A stretch of 52,302 bases of DNA from Desulfobacteraceae bacterium (GTDB taxonomy: Bacteria > Desulfobacterota > Desulfobacteria > Desulfobacterales > SG8-13), in the NCBI GenBank assembly GCA_029287875.1, contig JARFQH010000101.1, forward strand, positions 1 to 52,302, in the 5' to 3' direction. The position numbers and the translations under genes were made by a program. Shown one piece after another: positions 44,891 through 52,302 of the stretch. The notes under the pieces were generated by a model. It was not told the origin of the DNA, searched no databases, and saw only the letters and a program-made list of their open reading frames with translations. Each line of letters begins with the position of its first letter. The first letter of the stretch is position 1.

Positions 44891-45655
44891 ATGCTCTCTT
44901 CTACGTACTTTTATCATCCACGCTGGCCGGTATTCTTTGAGGACAACCACCTGCTGGCGCTCTTCAAACCGGCCGGCCTGCTCGCCCAGGGAGATCGTTC
45001 CGGGGCGGTTTGTCTGCTGGAACTGGCCAAGGGATGGCTGAAGGAACGCCACGCCAAACCCGGCCGGGTGTTTCTCGGCCTGGTACACCGTTTAGACCGA
45101 CCGGTGGCAGGCGTGATGCTGTTCGCGCGCACTTCCAAAGCCGCCGCCCGTTTAAGCGCCCAGTTTCGTTGCGGGACGATCCAAAAAACCTATCTGGCCG
45201 TTGTCGATGGCACACCCGACCAGCCGGACGGAAACCTATACAATCACATTGAGCGCCAGGGACTTTCGTGCCGTATCCTTTCCGAATCCACCGCACGCAG
45301 CCGCGAAGCTCGACTGCAGTACCGCCTGATCGAAAGCATCGGGAACCGGAGTTTGCTGCAGGTGGTGCTGGAAACCGGCCGGCGGCATCAGATCCGGCTG
45401 CAGCTCTCCCATGCCGGCCACGCAATTGTGGGGGATGTGCGCTACGGTGCCGTCAGCCCCCTGAAAGACCGCCAGATCGCACTGTTGGCCAGGGAGATCA
45501 TCGTGATGCATCCCACCCTCAAAACGCCGTTGCGACTGGTCTGCCCGCTCCCGTCCGGCTGGCCCTGGCCTGCAGCACCGGAGGAGGTGCCGGCACCTTT
45601 CTGGAACTATGACGATTTCCTCCACGACGGTGACGGTTTTCCACCGCCGGTCTGA
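44891..45655 (+). CDS. RluA-family pseudouridine synthase
   Basis: HRLDRPVAGVMLFARTSKAA (catalytic Asp motif) and RRHQIRLQLSHAGHAIVGDVRYG. Confidence 0.85.
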   Translation: MLSSTYFYHPRWPVFFEDNHLLALFKPAGLLAQGDRSGAVCLLELAKGWLKERHAKPGRVFLGLVHRLDRPVAGVMLFARTSKAAARLSAQFRCGTIQKTYLAVVDGTPDQPDGNLYNHIERQGLSCRILSESTARSREARLQYRLIESIGNRSLLQVVLETGRRHQIRLQLSHAGHAIVGDVRYGAVSPLKDRQIALLAREIIVMHPTLKTPLRLVCPLPSGWPWPAAPEEVPAPFWNYDDFLHDGDGFPPPV

Positions 45656-45673
45656 GGCTGCATGCCTAAGCCC

Positions 45674-47359
<1,686 letters not shown>

Positions 47360-47454
47360 GGAATGCGTCTTCCTCTTCTTTTTATTTTATTAATCTAATT
47401 CGAGAAACTTCCTTTAAGAAATCCGCCTGTCCTCTTTGTGAAGGCGGGGAAATT

Positions 47455-47486
47455 CCCCTCCCTTTGCCAAAGGGAGGTCGGGAGGG
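47455..47486. other. C-rich/G-rich hairpin with alternative pairing (cctcccttt-gcc-aaagggagg, then gggaggg)
   Basis: Perfect 9-bp stem with a 3-nt loop at 47457-47477. The downstream gggaggg (47480-47486) can pair with the same C-rich strand instead. Confidence 0.6.
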
Positions 47487-47593
47487 ATTTTAAAATAAGA
47501 TCGCAATCACAATACAGAGCACTTAGTGAAACCGGTCAGATTTTAATTTTTCAGTTTCTCCGTCATGAGCGGATCCGCTCCCCCCTGTTTCTA

Positions 47594-47621
47594 TTGTCAA
47601 ATATGCTATTCTGGGTATATT
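47594..47621 (+). promoter_or_regulatory. Sigma70-like promoter TTGTCA-16-TATATT
   Basis: Hexamers read directly, about 65 nt upstream of the homocysteine methyltransferase start. Confidence 0.4.
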
Positions 47622-47687
47622 TGCAATGGCCGTGAGGAACCAGCGTTCTGACCGACTGACAATACCAGACAAACGATCCGTTTAACC

Positions 47688-48611
47688 ATGGATTTTAGCG
47701 AAACATTTGAGAAGACAGACTTTATCCTGGCGGAAGCAGCCGTCATCGAATCGCTGCGGCGATCGGGGGCGGCCGTGCTGCACCCGCGCCTTGAAAATGC
47801 GCTGCTGATTTACGATGATGTCGGTCGAACCGCTTTGACCCGTGTTTACCGTGACTATGTGTCCATCGCCCGACCGGCGGGAGTTCCGATCCTCATCTGC
47901 ACCCCGACATGGCGGGCCAATCCCGAGCGCATCTCGGCCGCCGGCATTACCCGAGACGTGAACAGTGATGCGGTCGCATTCCTCAAGCAGTTGAAGAACG
48001 AATGGATGGACCAACCATCATCTCTTTTCATCGGCGGTCTTGTCGGCTGTAAGAACGACTGCTATAAACCAAGAGAAGGATTGTCGACTGACGCCGCAGA
48101 GGCATTCCATCTGGTGCAGGTTCATCAACTGGCGGATGCGGGAGTCGACTTTCTTCTGGCGGCAACCCTTCCGGTCGTTGACGAGGCCTGCGGTATCGCA
48201 CGGGCCATGCAAACCACCGGGCTTCCGTACATCATCAGCTTCGTGATCAATCGCCGGGGCCGCATTTTAGACGGGCAGTCCCTGGAACAGGCTTTCCAAA
48301 AGATCGACGCGGTTTGCAACCGGCCGCCGCTCGGTTACATGATCAACTGCGCCTATCCGTCCTTTCTTCGAGCACACGAGCAACCCCGGAAAGTGCTGGC
48401 TCGCCTGATCGGCTTTCAGGCCAATGCCTCGTCGTGCGATCATGCGAAACTGGACGGAAGCGAACTGCTTCAGGCCGATGCGCTCGATGATTGGGGTGAC
48501 CGGATGATCCTTTTGAACCGGCGCCATGGCATCAAGATACTGGGCGGTTGCTGCGGAACCGGCCCGGCTCATCTAAAATATCTCATTCATCGTTACCGAG
48601 AATCTTCGTGA
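47688..48611 (+). CDS. mmuM: Homocysteine S-methyltransferase
   Basis: 307 aa. S-methyl_trans family with a C-terminal zinc-ligand motif GGCCGT and an internal NC Cys ligand. Confidence 0.85.
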   Translation: MDFSETFEKTDFILAEAAVIESLRRSGAAVLHPRLENALLIYDDVGRTALTRVYRDYVSIARPAGVPILICTPTWRANPERISAAGITRDVNSDAVAFLKQLKNEWMDQPSSLFIGGLVGCKNDCYKPREGLSTDAAEAFHLVQVHQLADAGVDFLLAATLPVVDEACGIARAMQTTGLPYIISFVINRRGRILDGQSLEQAFQKIDAVCNRPPLGYMINCAYPSFLRAHEQPRKVLARLIGFQANASSCDHAKLDGSELLQADALDDWGDRMILLNRRHGIKILGGCCGTGPAHLKYLIHRYRESS

Positions 48612-48630
48612 CAAGGGCAAGATCGGACAG

Positions 48631-49071
48631 ATGAACATCTTTACTTACGGATCACTCATGTTCGAACGGGTGTGGACCGTCGTGGTAGCCGGCACTTACC
48701 GGAAAACCAATGCGCGGCTTTTCGGCTATCGGCGCCGACAAATCAGAGGAGAGGCCTACCCGGCTCTTGTCCCGGGCATGATGGACGAACAGGTCGACGG
48801 TGTGGTCTACCTGGACGTCGGGCCACGCGACGCTGTGCGGTTAGACCGCTTTGAAGGTGCCTATTACAGCAAGAAAAAAGAGTTCTGCTCACTTCCGGAC
48901 GGCAGCCGAATTTCGGCATGGGTCTACGTTTTTAAAGAAAGATTCGCGGATCTTGTGGAGCCCCAAACTTGGGATCCCGAGTGGTTCGAAAAAGAAGGGA
49001 TTCACGCCTTTATGGCGGCCTATCAGGGATACCGATGGATCGATGAAGCCGCAGACGCACCGGAATCTTGA
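48631..49071 (+). CDS. Gamma-glutamylcyclotransferase (AIG2/GGACT-like)
   Basis: N-terminal FTYGSLM motif. The size (146 aa) and the YPALV and E-containing core are typical of the family. Confidence 0.75.
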   Translation: MNIFTYGSLMFERVWTVVVAGTYRKTNARLFGYRRRQIRGEAYPALVPGMMDEQVDGVVYLDVGPRDAVRLDRFEGAYYSKKKEFCSLPDGSRISAWVYVFKERFADLVEPQTWDPEWFEKEGIHAFMAAYQGYRWIDEAADAPES

Positions 49072-49177
49072 GTTCGGTACCGAACCGGTCGCCGTCTACC
49101 AGGGCAACCGCGGGAACAGCCACCGGCTCTCGTTGGGGGGGGCAATGCGGGGAATGGCGCTGAAAAAAACCGTCGAA

Positions 49178-49206
49178 TTGACAAATGCCGGTGGGTCGAA
49201 TAGTAA
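49178..49206 (+). promoter_or_regulatory. Sigma70-like promoter TTGACA-17-TAGTAA
   Basis: Hexamers read directly, about 90 nt upstream of the flavoredoxin gene. Confidence 0.35.
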
Positions 49207-49296
49207 ATTGTTAATCGGTCTTGAACCAGCCTCGAAATGCCGGTTAGGCTGATCTTTTTAAATCGAGACCCAAAAAGAGTGTAAGGAACAAATCCA

Positions 49297-49863
49297 ATGA
49301 AAAAATCCCTGGGTGCCAAAACACTGGTGTTTCCCACGCCGGTATGGATCGTGGGGACCTATGACAAAGACGGCCGGCCCAACGGCATGACGGCCGCCTG
49401 GGGCGGAATCTGCTGCTCCAAGCCTCCTTGTGTTTACGTGGCCCTCCAGAAGCCGCGCTACAGTTACGCCAACATCGTGGAGCGGCAGGCTTACACGCTG
49501 AACGTCCCCTCGGAGAAATTCGTCCGTGAGGCGGATTACTTCGGGATGGTCAGCGGTCGAACGACCGACAAATTTGCCGCTACGGGTCTGACCGCCGTGA
49601 GGAGCGATATTGTTGACGCTCCCTACATCGCCGAATTTCCGCTGATCCTGGAATGCAAACTCATTCAGACAGTGGAAATCGGTATCCACACCCAATTTAT
49701 CGGCGAAATCATGGATGTCAAAGTCGAAGACGCGGTTGTCGACGACAACGGCCTGCCGGACATTGAAAAAGTGGCGCCGATTATTTTCGGCCCGGAGATC
49801 CGCTCTTACCACGGAATCGGCCGCTACCTGGGCCGGGCGTTTGAAATCGGTAAAAAAATCTGA
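49297..49863 (+). CDS. Flavin reductase-like protein (flavoredoxin family)
   Basis: PTPVWIVGTYDKDGRPNGMTAAWGGICCSKPP is typical of the flavoredoxin/flavin reductase FMN-binding split barrel. Confidence 0.85.
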   Translation: MKKSLGAKTLVFPTPVWIVGTYDKDGRPNGMTAAWGGICCSKPPCVYVALQKPRYSYANIVERQAYTLNVPSEKFVREADYFGMVSGRTTDKFAATGLTAVRSDIVDAPYIAEFPLILECKLIQTVEIGIHTQFIGEIMDVKVEDAVVDDNGLPDIEKVAPIIFGPEIRSYHGIGRYLGRAFEIGKKI

Positions 49864-49886
49864 CTGGAAGTCGACCGGAGGCTGTT

Positions 49887-51254
49887 TTGGATTTCACCCC
49901 GCTCTTTCATCCCAAAACCATCGCCGTACTGGGCGTGTCGCTGACCAATGACCGCCACCCGGCCAATGTCATCTACAACAAAATTCACTTGCGGTATCCC
50001 GTGAAAGTCTACCCGGTCAATCCCCGCGGCGGGCAGTTCCAGAGGGACAGGGTCTACGCCGACATCGCCGATATCCCGGCCCGCATCGACCTGGCGGTGG
50101 TCGCGGCCCGTGCCGAATTCGTGCCGGATATCCTCGAGCGCTGCATCAAAAGCGATGTCGGCGGGGCCGTGATCATTTCGGGCGGATTTGCCGAAAGCGG
50201 GCGGGCAGATCTGCAGGAGCGACTGGTCACCCTGGCACGGACAGCTGACTTTCCCTTCATTGGGCCCAACTGCCTGGGGATCTACGCACCGACCCGCTTC
50301 GACACTTTCTTCCTGCCCGGAGAGCGCCTGGTGCGTCCCGATCCCGGACCGGTCGCCATCGTCAGCCAGAGCGGCGGTGTGCTGGTGGATCAGATGGTCA
50401 AGTTCGCCGATCAGGGGGTCGGGCTGTCTCTGGCGGTGAGCATCGGCAACAAGGCCCTTATCCGTGAGCTGGACATGCTGGCTTACCTGTCCGAAGATCC
50501 CACGACCCGCGTGATTGCCTTCTACGTGGAGGGCTTTGACAAAAATGAGGGCCGGCGTTTCGTCCAGGCTGCCGCAAGCGTTCCCAAACCGATCATCGTG
50601 CTCAAGTCCGGCAAAAGCATCGAGGGCCGGCGAGCGGCCTCCAGCCACACCGCCTCCCTGGCCGGCGACCACAGAGTCTTCTCCTCCGTCCTGGCCCAGC
50701 ACGGTATCGTGGAAGCCGAAAACGAGTTCGAGATGGTGTCTTTCTGCGAGTCCCTCAGCTGTTACCGCCAGAAGATCCAGGGTCGGGTCGGCATCATCAC
50801 CGTCAGCGGTGGGCACGGTGTTCTCGTCACCGATATCTGCGCCGCCAGGGGACTGGCCGTTCCTCAACTGTCCAAAGATACCCGGCACAAGATACTGGAG
50901 AACCTGTCTGCGAGCGTTCAGGGGATCGCCTCCCTCGAAAACCCCGTCGATTTGACCGGCAGTGCCCGGGATGATGATTTTGTCGCTGCCGCCAACGGAC
51001 TAAGTCAGGCTTCGGAGGTCGATTGCGTGATCTTGCTGCTACTGCCTTACTCTCCCGGGATCAGCTCTGATCTCGGGGCGCGGTTGAGCCACGTGTTCCG
51101 GCGCGAGGACAAACCACTGGTGGCTTACGTGCCCCATCAGGAAAAATACCGGATGTTGATCGAGGGCTTTGAACTGAACAACGTCCCGGTCTCATCTTCC
51201 ATCGATGGCGCAGTGCTGATGATCGAGGCCCTGAGGAGGTGCCGGACATGCTGA
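49887..51254 (+). CDS. ADP-forming acetyl-CoA synthetase (acetate-CoA ligase), alpha/CoA-binding subunit
   Basis: PKTIAVLGVS CoA-binding Rossmann start, IGPNCLGI, and SQSGG with a downstream His-loop region (ASSHTASLAG). TTG start with GGAG SD 7 nt upstream. Confidence 0.85.
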   Translation: MDFTPLFHPKTIAVLGVSLTNDRHPANVIYNKIHLRYPVKVYPVNPRGGQFQRDRVYADIADIPARIDLAVVAARAEFVPDILERCIKSDVGGAVIISGGFAESGRADLQERLVTLARTADFPFIGPNCLGIYAPTRFDTFFLPGERLVRPDPGPVAIVSQSGGVLVDQMVKFADQGVGLSLAVSIGNKALIRELDMLAYLSEDPTTRVIAFYVEGFDKNEGRRFVQAAASVPKPIIVLKSGKSIEGRRAASSHTASLAGDHRVFSSVLAQHGIVEAENEFEMVSFCESLSCYRQKIQGRVGIITVSGGHGVLVTDICAARGLAVPQLSKDTRHKILENLSASVQGIASLENPVDLTGSARDDDFVAAANGLSQASEVDCVILLLLPYSPGISSDLGARLSHVFRREDKPLVAYVPHQEKYRMLIEGFELNNVPVSSSIDGAVLMIEALRRCRTC

Positions 51255-51949
51255 ATCAGAATATGCGGGACATCATCCGCCGTGCCAAAAGTTACGGCTG
51301 GGTACTGGAACCGGAAGCCAAGCGGCTGCTCTCTTTGGGTGAAATTCGCGTGCCCGATTTCCGCTGGACGGCCACTCTGCCCGAAGCCCTTGCCGCGGCT
51401 GAGGACGTCGGCTACCCGTTGGTGGTCAAGATCGTCTCTCCGGCCATCGTCCATAAATCCGAGGTCAACGGCGTGGCCGTCGGCCTCGAAGATGCGGATG
51501 CATTGACCGATGTCTTTCGTGGTTTCAGCAAATTGGAGGGATTTGCCGGAGTCTTGATCGAGCCGCTGATCTCCGGAGTCGAGCTGATCATCGGTGCGAA
51601 AATCGACTACCAGTTCGGCCCGATCATATTGCTGGGCATCGGCGGCACCGGAGTGGAAATCTATCAGGACATCGCCTTGAGAATGGCCCCACTTTCGGAC
51701 AGCGATGTCTCTTCAATGGTGGAAAGCCTCAAGGGCGCTAAACTTCTAAGAGGGTATCGCGGCGCGGAGCCGATCGACATGTCGGCCTTGATACGCCTGG
51801 TTCATCATTTTTCAGTCTTGGTCATGGACCTCGCAGACCACATCGACACGATCGATCTCAACCCTGTCAAGTGCACCGGTACAACATGTGTCGTGGTCGA
51901 TGCCCGCATCATGCTGGCCGAAGCCGCCATTCCCATCGAATCGATTTGA
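51248..51949 (+). CDS. ADP-forming acetyl-CoA synthetase beta (ATP-grasp) subunit
   Basis: ATP-grasp_5-type sequence (GYPLVVKIVSPAIVHKSEVNGVAVGL). The ATG at 51248 follows GAGGAGG and overlaps the alpha stop by 7 nt. Confidence 0.8.
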   Translation: MLNQNMRDIIRRAKSYGWVLEPEAKRLLSLGEIRVPDFRWTATLPEALAAAEDVGYPLVVKIVSPAIVHKSEVNGVAVGLEDADALTDVFRGFSKLEGFAGVLIEPLISGVELIIGAKIDYQFGPIILLGIGGTGVEIYQDIALRMAPLSDSDVSSMVESLKGAKLLRGYRGAEPIDMSALIRLVHHFSVLVMDLADHIDTIDLNPVKCTGTTCVVVDARIMLAEAAIPIESI

Positions 51950-52302
51950 AATAACGGCCAGCATGCTTTCCAATTCGAGTGAATTTCTATTCAAGCCGTT
52001 AACGCCACTCAGCAGCAAACGCCACTTCATGCCGCTGTCACGACGTTTTTTCTGCAGGATCTTTATGGCATTTCTATTAGAACCACTCACATTTTGGAAT
52101 AATTCCCGCCCATTCGTCTGGTTTCGGTCATAAGCGCTGATTATAATATCGAAGTCCATGAGTTGCATTAAGGTCCAGGCGTCTTTGGCCGAATTTACGG
52201 CAAACAAATCGCAATCGGTTTCCATGATTCGGGAATGAATAACGTCCCAGATGGGCTCTTCATTGTGAACCAATAGAACACGATATCCTTCGAATTTATA
52301 GG
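51812..52302 (-). CDS. Receiver-like (pseudo-receiver) domain protein, 5-prime end possibly outside the window
   Basis: YRVLLVHNEEP ... FDIIISAYD resembles a CheY-like receiver, but the acidic pocket (DD) reads HN and the phospho-acceptor position reads A. The reading frame is open to the window edge. Confidence 0.4.
   Translation of the reverse strand, partial: YKFEGYRVLLVHNEEPIWDVIHSRIMETDCDLFAVNSAKDAWTLMQLMDFDIIISAYDRNQTNGRELFQNVSGSNRNAIKILQKKRRDSGMKWRLLLSGVNGLNRNSLELESMLAVISNRFDGNGGFGQHDAGIDHDTCCTGALDRVEIDRVDVVCEVHDQD

Noticed and set aside
47622-47687. Possible SAM/SAH-type riboswitch in the leader of the homocysteine methyltransferase gene (ccgtgaggaaccagcgttctgacc)
   Set aside because: The leader is only about 60 nt, and the sequence does not reproduce the SAH or SAM riboswitch cores as I remember them. 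There is also no convincing pseudoknot or terminator. Only a covariance-model search could revive this idea.

Overview
This 52.3-kb window looks like an ordinary chromosomal segment of a diderm (Gram-negative) bacterium. The gene content includes an Mla lipid-transport operon, AsmA, periplasmic Cu/Zn SOD, MsrAB, flavoredoxin, ADP-forming acetyl-CoA synthetase and PAS-GGDEF/PilZ signalling parts. This suggests an anaerobic Desulfobacterota-like organism, but that is inference only. I can support about 50 protein genes. They include: a six-gene peptide-uptake operon led by an M20 peptidase (3702-10574, minus); mlaE-F-D-C plus a methyltransferase (15871-19288, minus); a YbhGFSR-type HlyD/ABC-2 exporter (25229-30379, minus); an ECF sigma/anti-sigma/DUF3106 operon (30936-33226, minus); a translation-related cluster of RelA/SpoT-like protein, RsmG-SpoU fusion, RluA and EttA (42121-47359); and an mmuM - gamma-glutamylcyclotransferase - flavoredoxin - acetyl-CoA synthetase stretch (47688-51949, plus). 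I saw no rRNA, tRNA, CRISPR array or intact mobile element; the only mobile-element trace is a short relic of an IS200/RAYT-type transposase. The items most worth a second look are: (1) a divergent stand-alone RelA/SpoT-like nucleotidyltransferase placed directly behind an unusual RsmG-SpoU/TrmH fusion; (2) a promoter-to-U-tract transcription unit of about 260 nt that folds into a long rod-like hairpin upstream of a 611-aa protein, which fuses an unknown cytoplasmic domain to a CPBP-type membrane domain with degenerate motifs; (3) an MlaF homologue whose Walker B, D-loop and H-loop residues are all replaced; (4) a family of heptamer-based tandem and inverted repeats present at two loci; (5) several long imperfect intergenic hairpins whose mismatches become G-U pairs on the transcribed strand. 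All functional calls come from motif recognition by eye. No database search was run.
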